A stretch of 63,771 bases of DNA, counting the filler, from Intoshia linei (Eukaryota; Animalia; Orthonectida), in assembly GCA_001642005.1 (NCBI GenBank). It is 6 parts of 6 records of this genome, joined end to end, with 100 filler letters (N's around TTAATTAATTAA, not from the genome) between each part and the next. Parts side by side here need not be neighbours in the genome. Positions count along the whole stretch, not along the records: positions 26,053 to 55,311 come from LWCA01000391.1; 5 more parts are not named here. One strand, 5' to 3'. The notes beneath the pieces were generated by a model, which was given only the letters and a program-made list of their open reading frames with translations, was not told the DNA's origin and made no database searches. Both the position numbers and the translations under genes were made by a program. Position 1 is the stretch's first letter. Every line of letters starts with the position of its first letter. Below, piece by piece: positions 26,977-38,923 of the stretch.

Positions 26977-27522
26977 CAGTGATTCCCGATTCAAATAGTG
27001 TACCAAACCCCATTTCAAAATGTTTATTTTTTTGGATCTCAAAAAAACATGAAACATTTATGAAAAAATTAAAAGGTTTTTGTCATAATATTTGGTAAAA
27101 TCGTTTTTCAAAGAAATATTATTTTTCCTTTTAGGTATTTTAGGTATAGAAATTTTCCTTTAGGTATGTTAAAATTGAATTTTTTATATTGTCGTTGGAT
27201 TAAATAAATTTTTAAAAAAATATTGTTAAAAGTCGATTTTTCCCTGGGTCTTTGAAATGATATTTTTTATTAAAACTTATGACACTGTAAATTATATAAA
27301 TGATGGAATAAAAATGTGGTTTTTGAAATATAATATAATAATGTAGCCATCGTATTTGGAATTTGGAGACTTTGGAATAAATTTCAAACATCTGTCAATT
27401 TTGTAATAACTATTAAAAATTCTCCCATAAAATAAAGCAAAGTTTATAAAATTTTTTTAATATTTTATTTGAATCTCACGGATCTTAGACATATAGTTTT
27501 GAATCCCAATCGGGAACCACTG
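26977..27522. mobile_element. hAT MITE; inverted relative copy ends at ~52471
   Basis: cagtgattcccgatt...aatcgggaaccactg; TSD gtttatag/gtttaaag. Confidence 0.8.
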
Positions 27523-28528
27523 GTTTAAAGTTACTCACGGTTCAAGATTTAGTTTGAATATATATAATTGTATTATCATTTTTAATTTTATTATTAATCC
27601 AAACATTTGAAAAATATAGGTTCATAATATATTAAAAGTCATTTTTCACCGAGAATACGTAGATTTCTGAGTTTAAAATTTTGTATTTGTATCAAATGGA
27701 ATAAGCTGTATCAAAATAATATTTTATTTTAATGGTAGGACCATTAATTATTTCAAATTTTTTGTTTTAATATAATAGTTTCGAAATAAAAAAATGAATA
27801 CTAAAGTGCTTTTATGACCGTGAAGGCGTCACTTTGTCAGATTGAAAATTATTTGTATGTGTTAAGTGGATATAACCATATTATCTGTAATTTTTTTTTA
27901 ATTCTAGGGCTGTTTTCATTTTTACAAAAAATGGTAATTTGTGGTTTTGATCGGGAAAATATAAGATTTATAAATTGAAATTTATCATACTGTTGATGGT
28001 TTTAAAATCTTTATGAGTTTGTGTATTTTTATAATCTAGGATTCGTTTAATGTAACAAAAAGGATTATTGGGGTTTTTGATCTTGAAGGACTTAATTTCT
28101 AATATACTAATAAATAAATTAACTTTTTGATAAAACAACACTCTTGAAAAACTGTAATGGAAACATGAAATTTTTAAAATTTAACTGCTTTTACTTTCTT
28201 AAAATTTTTAAATAAACTGCAACAGAGAGACAAACGGATAAACAAACAGAAAAATAAATAAATAAGCAGACATAAATTTTTTATCTAACTCCTTTGTTGT
28301 AACTAACTACTAAATTACATTGTAAAAGTTATTTTGTAAATTTTGGAGTTTGATTTTTAAAAAAAAATTTTATCTTTCTTTCTCCCCCGCAAAAATCCGA
28401 CTAGGAATTTGTGTTTTTTAAAATTCTATAAGTCTTAGTTATTGAAATAAAAGATTACACTCACACAAAGAGTTTATTATTGAATTCCTTTTTTGGTAGA
28501 ATTAAAAAAGTCGCTCTCGACAATGCTA

Positions 28529-29948
28529 CTGTCTTTTCTCAATTATAATAAGTCTGCTTATATTCGATATTAGAAGGAAAATAGCTTATAATTAAAGACA
28601 AGCAGAATTTTAAACAGACCTTGAAAAATAATAATAATAATAAAATAATTGTTGGAAGTTGGAGTTGGAATACGGCTTAGTTTCAGGAACCATGTCAAAG
28701 TGGTATAAAAAATTTCTAAAAAAATTAGATTATAAGTCATTATTGAATAATCAAAGAATAGGTGACCACCTTGGATGTACTGTTTTAAACGAAGAATTAG
28801 ATAAAAAGTTATTCTCTTGGGAATCTCAGAGGGTACAAAAATGGTTGAATTAGTTAAAGCAGTTAACAATCATAAAAGATTTACGTTTACTCCTTTAATA
28901 TCTGCATCTGGAGTAATGGAAAAAATTCTTATTTTGTTTACAAATCTAAATATAAAGCGTATCCCTAAAAATCTAAATCAAAAGGGTATTGTGGAAGTAA
29001 ATAAAACTGGTATGTGGAACAAAAATATATTCGAATCTTTTATTCATAGTGGATTCCTTTTCTGGTCATCTTGGCATTGAAGATAAGTATGAAGAAGAAA
29101 CTTTAATAATAAGGTACATTCCCCCTGGAATGACAGGGATCCTTCAACTACCTGATTTTTTTTGCAATAAGGGATTCCAACAATATTATAGAAATGAATA
29201 TGATAACTGGTTGGCTCATAACATTGATAATAATGATATTTTTACCGTAAATAGGAATTTAAAAAAAGTTCCATATTCTAAAATAGTTGATTGGTGCTTA
29301 AACTACAAAGATCAAGTTGAATCTGGTTTAATACAGAAAAGGTTTAAAGAATTTGGTATTTTATTTGGAACATTTTATGTTGATCAATGTCATTCACAAT
29401 TAAAAAATTTGATTCTGGAGAAGATTAAAAAAAAAATTAGTTTAAATCGAATTTTCTATTCTGACATACATTTTATAAATATTTCAGAGTGGGACTTAGA
29501 AGTTGAGTATTAGTTTTTTGAAATTTTTGCTAAACTAACAATGAAGTCTATTCAGAAAGTAAAAAATGAGGTCTGTAAGAGACTTAAAGAATATTTGGTT
29601 CCACTTCATATCATTGATTATGAGTACATTGAAAAAATTAAAAACACGTACGAATCAGCTTATCTTAATGAATTTTTTGTTGCTTCCAAAAAATTTGAAA
29701 TTCAGATTACTTTCAACGAATTGCATAAACAGCGTATTGTATATGGTGAAAGCATAACTTCTAAATTAGACATTCTACTCTATGAAGGAAGTTATTTTTT
29801 AAAAATAATTTGATATGTTGTCTATTTTTTGTTTAAAGTTGTTTCTTTCAAATACAAGCAGAAAATGCTTATATTCAAATTTTATTTAGTTAAAAATTTC
29901 ACTGAAAATTTTTATTTCAGTGGTCTGCTTATAATCGAGAAAAGACAG
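28529..29948 (+). mobile_element. pogo-family element, defective, inserted into the 3' hairpin of a Helitron copy
   Basis: TA|ctgtcttttctcaattataa...ttataatcgagaaaagacag|TA; KRFTFTPLISASG, VDSFSGHL, YIPPGMTGILQLPDFFCNKGF (DDE_1-type). Confidence 0.88.
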
Positions 29949-30106
29949 TAGTCACTGTTTTTATGCAGTACATAACAGTCAATCAACTTTATATTCATTA
30001 TTTAAAAAAACAAATCTAACCAGAAATAAAGTTAATGTATTTACTTATATAAATATAAGTAAATTGTAATATTGTAAATCAAAGTCTCATGTCTATTGAT
30101 CAAGTC

Positions 30107-33100
30107 ATGGATGAAAATACTTTATCTACGTCTAATGATGAAAATGTACAATTAGTTATAACAATTCATCTTAATGGAACCGAAAAAATAAACTACAAAG
30201 TTTCAGTAAGTACAACCATACGAAACCTTTGTGATGGCATAATTTATGAAATTAGTAAGAGTATTTAACATTTTTTAGTAATTATCCATTTAGCAAAGAA
30301 ATCTCCTAATGACGGTTTACTAAAATGAAACTATATATATATATATCTGTATTAGATATGGATTGGTCTGATTATAATTTATGGTGGCCTACAAACAGAG
30401 TTTGGATAGATCAAAGTAAACTTAATGTTAGTCAATATTGTTTGGAAGATGATGATGAATTGGTATTTTGTAAAACTCACTATAACATCATGTTACAACT
30501 GCCGGATCATCAGATTATTCAAATGTCGGTCAATTTTTCTGTTAGGGTTAGCGATGTTATGCGAAATATTTGCTTATTTTTTGGTAATCTACTTTTATTT
30601 TGTAGAATTTTATACATTTTTTTTAAATCATTTATTATTATAAACTATATAAACTTCAATACATATAAGTATATTAGACAGACTAATTAACAGTTGAATG
30701 GAATTTTAATAAACTAATTTTTATTTAAAATAATGCAAAATTGTGGGTTTATTTTAATAATAATTTAACAATTTTCAAAGCATTCTAAATAAAAATGTAT
30801 GAAATAATTTCTTATATTACTGAGTCACAAATTTTTTTATTATGAAATATTTATGTAGAAATGAAAAAATTAGCTGAGGGAATGATAAACATATCAACAA
30901 AAATAAAATAATATTAACATTTTTGTGATACAGTTAAAATCTCATTTAACGAATATTTTATTTAACGAACGGCGAAATTTTATTTTCTATATAAATGCCT
31001 AAATATCTGGTATTTAACGAATTTCTGATTAATGAACGCGTAAATTAAATGTTAATGTATTTTATAGTAGTTTTTAGGAGTTTTTCTAAATATTATCGCA
31101 AAGAAAGTCTATCGCAATCTACTGATTCAATTAAAATTTTATTTTTTTTAGATATTCCAGATAGTGAGGAATTATGCATATTTTATCCTCAAAAGCATTC
31201 TAAAGGAAAAATTATTATGGATTATGAAGATTTTGGACAACCTAGCCCTGTAACATTTTTTTTTCCAATATTTATTTATAGAGAAAAAATATTAAAGATC
31301 CTATATTACGTCAGTTGGCTATGCCGGAATCCATTGACACGGTCGTCAATAAATACGCTACCTTTGATATGGACAAATATAATTTGGAAAATTCTCTACC
31401 ACTTGAAGACTTGGGTGCAGAAATACATAATAATCCGGTTTGTACCGATATACATGATATTGCTGTATCCTCATGTTTGTGCGTTTTTAATTGTTCATTA
31501 ATTTAATTATTCAAGTTGACAAGAATTATTATTACTAATACAGGGTTGATCATAATAATTTATTTTTATGTATTGATTGGTTAATATTATATTAATGAGT
31601 AGACCAAATAAAATAACATTAACTTTTGGATAGTTCTTTAATTGTAGATAAATTTCTCCAGGCAAAATTGATGCGATCAATCAATTCGGATTTTGTTCTA
31701 ATTTCAATCTGGTGGACCTCATCTTTCAATTTCGACCACAACATTTATATAGGATTCATATCTGGCGAATTTTCAGGCTAATCCAAAACAGAAAGACACT
31801 TATCAACAAAATAGCAAGTGATGGATTTAGCTTGATGGCAAGGAGCTGAATCTTGCTGGGATACAAATCCTCCATTTGTATTTCATTTAAAAATATTTGT
31901 AAAACACTCTTGTAAACTTTTTGGTACATTTTACCTTCCACAATCTGTATTTTCCTAATACCCATGACAGATATAACTACTAATAATAACATTACATGGA
32001 AATTTTACCGTTTTTTAATACAATCTGGTCTAAATGACATTTGACCTTATCCGTACATTTAATGATCTGTCAACCATCACAGTTATCATAGATTCGTCAG
32101 AAATTATGATTTATAAATCAATAAATTAACTTGAATTTTATTAATTAAAATATTAAAAATTAGTGAAAATTTATATATTTTTTTTAATATAAATGATTAC
32201 CTTGCTCCAAGCATGTTTAGTGCAACTTTCATACTTTTTTGCCTATTCGAACCTGAATTGTTTCACCTTTATAGATAGAGGAATGTTTTAATTTTGTTAT
32301 AAGATCTATACCCCGATTTTAATAGTCTAGGGTTAACCGTAATTCTTGATAAATGAATATTGCGTTGTTTAAGTTTTGAAACGACTTCAGAGCAACTGAA
32401 ATTTCGGTTTTCAATTGCTGTTTTGACAATTATTCTGTCAGTTTTGTCAGACTTTTTCGATTTAAATTAAAAATTTGCGGATCATTTGAAAATTTTCTTT
32501 TTATTAATGAAACAATTGATAGACACAAAGAATAAATTAGCAATTTTTTTTGGTTCCAATCTGAATTATGAATGAATTATGTATTAATAGAAAGTTCAAT
32601 ATATATTTCTTTGTATCAATGGGAATATCTTTCTTTTTATTTATATTAAATTTTTCAATTTTAAATTTAAAAATATTTCACACGATAGATAACGGTATAA
32701 GTGATATTTAAATTTAACTTTATTTCGTACATTTTTACGTAATAGAATTTTAATTTTTTATACCATGGTGTAAATTTTACGCAATTTTTTACATATCGAC
32801 CCCAAAGGGTCCACAGCACTTTTTTGGGGGTCCGTTAAAATTATATACATTTATTACATATTATAGACATTTTCAGTATCAAAGTCGTTTTTTCTTAACT
32901 AACGTCATATTTTCAAAACATAAAGTCACCTTTTCATAGTTTGAAAAGTTCAAAAATCGTAAAGTCATTTTTTCGAAACAAAAATCCATTTTATTTTCTT
33001 GGTTGTTGATAAATATTGATAATAGCACAATTAACGTTGGAGGTTTCTCGAAAAAATGAAAGTTGAAATGTATTATTAATAAATTGAACTCAAAGGAAAT

Positions 33101-35899
33101 GATTCTCTTGTTTTATTACAGAATTGACAACTCATTGTAGTTTTTGAATATTTTGTATGATCAATTTCATTATATTTTATTAATAAGGTAAAAATTTTCA
33201 ATAGATTGGCGTATTCTTCCCTCCAGATTGATTTTTTTTAGCTAGCCCCAGGATACATTTATTTTATGATAATGATGTTTCATCAACATCGTTATAATTC
33301 CACGTAGCTACGAAGACATTTTGAGCACAAATAGTAATCATATGCACTCTTTCTTTCCTGGTCAGATTACTCTTTGATATAAGATATTTTGGAGAATTAC
33401 CTTTTATTATCAGGTTTTATTTTGATATTTTAATGGGACAAATGTAAATAAATGGGACAAAAATTAACTCAATATTCATGATTCTATGAAACATCTACCA
33501 AGGGATATAAAGTATTACTTTTTCACAGGGATGATAGATAATATAGACTTTTTAATGATCTTATAAAATATGTAGTAAACAATTAATAATGTACTGTAAA
33601 CATTACCTGTACGGTCCACAGCGAAAAAAGGTTGAGAATGCTTGATTTAAACGGTGATTTAATCATTATTTTTGAATTATAAACATGTTCATTTTTTTAT
33701 TGATGTAGTATAATTCAACAGTTGTTTGTATCTTAAAATTAATAGTGTGGTTTAATTAATAAAAAATATATAGCCATGAAATGAATATATAAAAAATTAT
33801 TATAATAATATGATCAACCCTGTAGTGTTACTTCTTAAAGTAATTTTAAATGATTAATTATGTGATTCTAAGAGTTTTTAATTTTTTAAATATTGTGTAT
33901 CGGAAAGTGAAATACAGTGATCGCTCTAGGAAGCGAAAATTTCGACTTGGTTTAGTTTAAATTTCAGTTCCCAATGAAGCATTAAATTACACAAAATATA
34001 TTTGCGTGTTTTTAATTATGTGCCTCTATCGATTTGATCTTGTCAATTTTGATAAATCGTGTTTTTTGTGTTTATTTTTGAGAGTGATCACTGATCACTG
34101 TATTTTATTATTTTACATTATTCATTGTAAATTATAGCTGTCTTATTTCTTCCTTCAGTTTACTCCAACAAAACGTTTGTGAAAATTCTTTATTGGTGCT
34201 ATCGTTCAAATTCCACGGTTTTTTGTTTCGAAGATTTTTGGTTTTTTTAAAATATCATCTGGTATTATGATTGTTTAGTATAAAGATGTTCATTTAAATT
34301 TGTTTTATGAGCAGGCCAAATGGACTATTTTAAATGGAGTGCATACGTGTAGCTCTCAGGAATATGCTGTATTTGCGGCATTACAAGTAATTAAAAAGTT
34401 TATTAATTATATTGAAATTTTTAGCTAAATATACAGGAATCCATTTGCAATGATGTTTCTGAAAAACTAGTTCAAGATTCCATTAATAAAGAAATCGAAC
34501 GTGATATCGAAAAACTAAAAGACGAATTACGTTTAGCTTTATCTAACAATTCTCACATTGAAGAAATTGATTATTGCCCAGAATTGCGTGTTATTGTACC
34601 CCATGCAAAGTAATATTTTTACTTTTGAAATAAAAATGATAAAATTAAATCTTTAGAATAAAAAAAAAGAATTTATCACTTAATAATCACGAATTTTTAT
34701 TACACAAAACCATATTGTCTATAATGAACCCTAAAGATGGTGTATTATTGCTGGAATTGGATTTAAAATGTAATTTAAATTTTAATTTAGGTGTTTAGTG
34801 ATAACTGATCATATATTTAAGTTGCATTAAATAATTTTGCATATTTATAATAAACAATTTAGCCGCTGAAATTGAAGGAAAATTTAAAGATTTTTCTATA
34901 AATATTAAGGTTTTCGCTGATACAATAAATTTTGAATTGATTTGCATTAAATTCAAAGAAGTAGGTATATTTTTTTTATTTAGTATTGATAAAAATTTAG
35001 TTGGATCAATATGCATCATGGTTGACGGCTTTAACATTCACTACATTTGGCAGAACGCTAAAAAACACTAATTTCCATTCCGAAGTTAATTATATTAAAA
35101 CCATGCATGCATTACTAAGTCAATCTAAAAATAGTGATGGTGATAAACAAATTAAACATAATATAAACGTATTATTAATATTTACATTTTTTAAATTTTA
35201 TTAGAATTTTATACCCTTGAAATTTAAAAAACTTAAAAAGGTAATTTTAAAATTTTAACTTTAAAATATATTAATAAATACATAAATCTTAGTTTAACAA
35301 TCATGTTCGAACAGCATATAATGGATTGAAACATATGAATGTTCAAGAATCTAAATTAATGTTTATAAAAAGTAATATTATATTTAATATTTAGTCATTT
35401 TCATGGTTTACTTTTTTAGTATGGCAGCAAATAAAAACTGTGGGACTGATCTACTTTAATGTTGTTGTAGATGTAAGTATATTTTTTTATAATTATAAAT
35501 ATTCAATTAGATTGGAATATCAAAACACAAAGAAGTAGTCAATAATTACAATTATAATATATTTTAATATATAGTGTTATATGGTATTTGCTCCAAATAG
35601 AATTATGCTTATTGATATTAAAACAAATGTTGTCTTCCGTACCGATTATTTATATAAATTACAGTAACTTAAGTAGTTAATAAGTATTTATTAATTTTAG
35701 AAATTGGGGTATAAATTGGGATGAAACTTCTGTTGATTTTGCTTTTAACGATTCTTCATATAAAGTAACGTGCCAATTTAATTGTGAATTATTGCATGAA
35801 ACTGTTGGTACAACAATATTTCTGTTTCTTAAAAATTCTGACGATTCAGCTAAAGCTAAACATTTACTTTTCAACAACCTTATTACTCCTGGATTCTAA
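30107..35899 (+). CDS. FERMT: Kindlin/fermitin (FERM + PH), highly divergent, complete multi-exon gene
   Basis: DWSDYNLWWP, LQLPDHQIIQMSVNFS, EELCIF, LFYEQAKWTILNG..CSSQEYAVFAALQ, QYASWLTALTFTTFGRT, SKLMFIKVWQQIKTVG, NWGINWD, LLHETVGTTIFL; stop ends at 35899. Confidence 0.92.
31541..33822 (-). mobile_element. Tc1-like element (defective, with nested inserts) in a kindlin intron
   Basis: TA|cagggttgatcata...tatgatcaaccctg|TA; minus-strand QQDSAPCHQAKS and SPDMNPI..LWSKLK remnants. Confidence 0.85.
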
Positions 35900-36102
35900 T
35901 TTTTTTAATTAAAAATATATTTACAACTCACAATTTGTTATTCTTTTTCGTCAAATTTAACTACAATGTAGACAATTTTAATCAATTTCCAATGCATGTG
36001 TCTAATATTTTATACTATTTAAATACAAATTATTTAAAAAATTTATTATATAGAAAACAATACACAATGTACGTTGAATTTTTTGTAAAATGGTACATTA
36101 TT

Positions 36103-38766
36103 TCAAATATTTATTGTAAATATACTAAAAGATGGTCATGTTAATAAATATAATGTATTACTTTGTAAAGTTTGACATTTTCATAACAATATTTTGAAAT
36201 TCTGTGTATGAAATTGTGCCATTTTCGTCAATGTCGGCTTCTTTGAAAAGCTGAAATATTTATACTTTAAAACTTTTAAAAACGATACTAAAAGGGAAGC
36301 TTAGAAAATAATAATTTGAAATGTATGGATACAATGGAGCCATCGCTATTCGCTCAAAACATAATTTTAGTCTTTGTCCCTATTAATAAAACATACTTTT
36401 CAAAAAAATTAGAAAAAAGGTATCGAGATAATGAGAAAAGATAAAATATACGACCAAGTAGAGAATTGCATATACATTGTATGTTATAACTTTTTTGGTA
36501 TTCAACTGTAGTTTATTTTTATTTATGTAGTGATATATACTAAAATTATTAGTTATTACAAGTTCCTACAAAATTGGTTTTATTATTTTTTAAAAATCTT
36601 GAATTCTATCACTATCTATTTTTTTTGTTGCGTATTTTATAACAAATTGACTTACAATACTACTCAAAACATACCTTGTTTATTAATTTATTTTTATCAA
36701 ACTGTTTAGTGTCTTCTGTACCCATCATCATATGAATAACACTCAACAAATCTTCGCAACCAATTGCGCTATCTTCATCAAAGTCTATAATTTAAATTTT
36801 ACATTATTTAAGAGTAAAAATGAAATTACCGTATAATTTGAAGACGTAATAGATTTTTATTTCTGTAGGACTTTCATTAGAAAAAATGGAGAGTATGTCT
36901 AAATAGTCTTCAAATTTCATCATGCTAGTTTGCTTATGGAATAGCTGACACAAACGGTGTCTAAATGGATTCACCTAGAAATATCTTTTATATAATTAAT
37001 TTTACCAATTATTTAAACCCATAATATTATAGTATTATTATTAATGGGTACCGAGAGTGACTTTAATATAAAAAGAAAAGAATGTACATTATTGGATCAT
37101 TTAATTTTTAAATTTTGCGATTTATGTATATTTTTGAAAATCAATTTGGTTGGCTGTACTTTCCAATTTGAAAGATTTAATATTTGACAGTCGATGGCAA
37201 AATCTACACCAATTAACTCATATGGATTGTGATATCCTTCCATTTAAACATGTAATATTAATAAACATTGTATAACATTAAACTACATTCCAAACTAAAA
37301 AAATAACAATATTTTTAAATCCAACCATTTTTACTAAAAATCAAAATTTATTAAGTCTTATGAAAAAATTCCACTTTTACTATTTTAATATTGCAGAATT
37401 GGATTTCTCTATTTAGGCTTGGTATAACTAGATTTTCCCCCAAATAGTGATAGAACTGGTTTTTTTCCAATAAGGGTTGGTAAAACTGCAATTTTCGCTA
37501 AAGGGTGGGTAAAATAGGATTTTTCCTTTTAGGGTACGTAAAACTGGATTCTTCCCTTAAGGGTTGGTAAAACTGAACTTTTCAATTAATGTTAGTAGAA
37601 CTGGATTTTTCCCTTAAGTGTAAGTAAAACTAGAATTTTCTCTGAAGGGTTGATAAAACTTGGGTTATGCCTAAAGGGTGGGTAACATTGTATTTTTCCT
37701 TTTTGGGTCGATAAAACTGGATTTTTCCCTTAAGGGGTGACAAAACTAGAATTTTTCTTGATGGGTTGTAAAAACTGAAGTTTTGCCAAAGTGTAAGCAA
37801 AAAAAATATATCATTTATAAAAAAAAGATAATAGAAATTTTTGAGCCTAAAGAACTCAATTTCTTAAAATGAAATTTGCTTTATAGCCTCTTCGAAACAC
37901 TGTATTAGAAATTTAAATTTTTAAAACTCGACTCATCTTACTTTCTATAAACTTAAATAACTTTAAATAAACTGGAACGGATAAATGGACATACATTTTT
38001 AGCTAAATAATTTTAAACTTCACTACTTTTGTACTTGGCTACTAGCTTGACTGTTATGTACTTTGTACAAACAGCACCTAGCTAAACCGGGCGGACTTTT
38101 TTAATTCTACCAAAAAAATAAAATCTTACACAAAAATTCTACTATTCTCTATTACCAAATTGGTAATACAAATCCTTTAAAGGAGTGGTTTTCAAGCCTG
38201 TTTCACTATGTACAGACCATTTCACTGAAATGGTCAGTTTAAATGATTGAAATGATTTATTAAGATTTATGTTTAAATGCGTTATTCCTCATATATTTTA
38301 TTTCATTAACATTTGTGTAAAGAATTTTAAAAACAATGCATTTCCATGCCTTGGTGCATTAATTAAAAAAATTTAGTTTTTAGAAATTATAAGATGAAAG
38401 GTATTGAGTTAAACGCAAGACGTAAATATATGGTCACTAAAGAATTTATGAAGAATTATTATGCAATTTTAATTAAAATATTACGCATATTTCTGGACAA
38501 TTTTGTGTAAAATCTTTAATCGGTATAGACGCTTCGAAAATATTAGTAAATTTAATATCTTTCAAATTTAATTCATTATAAATATTCATAAATTGGATGG
38601 ACGCTCTAATAATTAATAAAAATGACAAAATGAAATAAAATACTTTTTTATTTCTTTGGCACTTAAATAAAGTAAATCCTAAAACAATTTAAAACGAATA
38701 ATTATTATTGATTACTTGATATTTATTTACTTCCCGTATGCTTAAATATGAAATTGAATTACCCAT
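36103..38766 (-). CDS. CIB: Calcium- and integrin-binding (CIB) family EF-hand protein, complete, 7 exons
   Basis: MGNSISYLSIREVNKYQ|DLLYLSAKEIK|...PEIC|VNPFRHRLCQLF...FEDYLDILSIFSNESPTEIKIYYVFKLYD|FDEDSAIGCEDL...|LFKEADIDENGTISYTEFQNIV...|IFTINI*; N-myristoylation-type MGxxxS start. Confidence 0.92.
37395..37795. repeat. Degenerate ~29-30-bp minisatellite (~13 units) in a CIB intron
   Basis: Units of consensus aagggttggtaaaactggattttccctt arranged head-to-tail, no unique spacers. Confidence 0.85.
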
Positions 38767-38923
38767 TTATTTGATTATTGTTGCTCGGATTATTGAGATT
38801 CATTTAAATAAATATTGATATTATAGCCAACGTAATTGTCAGGTAAGTAGGGAAATGGAACAATTGTATTTGGTTATTGTTCCAATTTATTTTTTTATTT
38901 TATATTTTTTTTGAAATGCATGA

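Noticed and set aside
37395-37795. CRISPR-like ~30-bp periodicity
   Set aside because: Units are contiguous and degenerate, with no unique spacers and no cas genes; eukaryotic intron.
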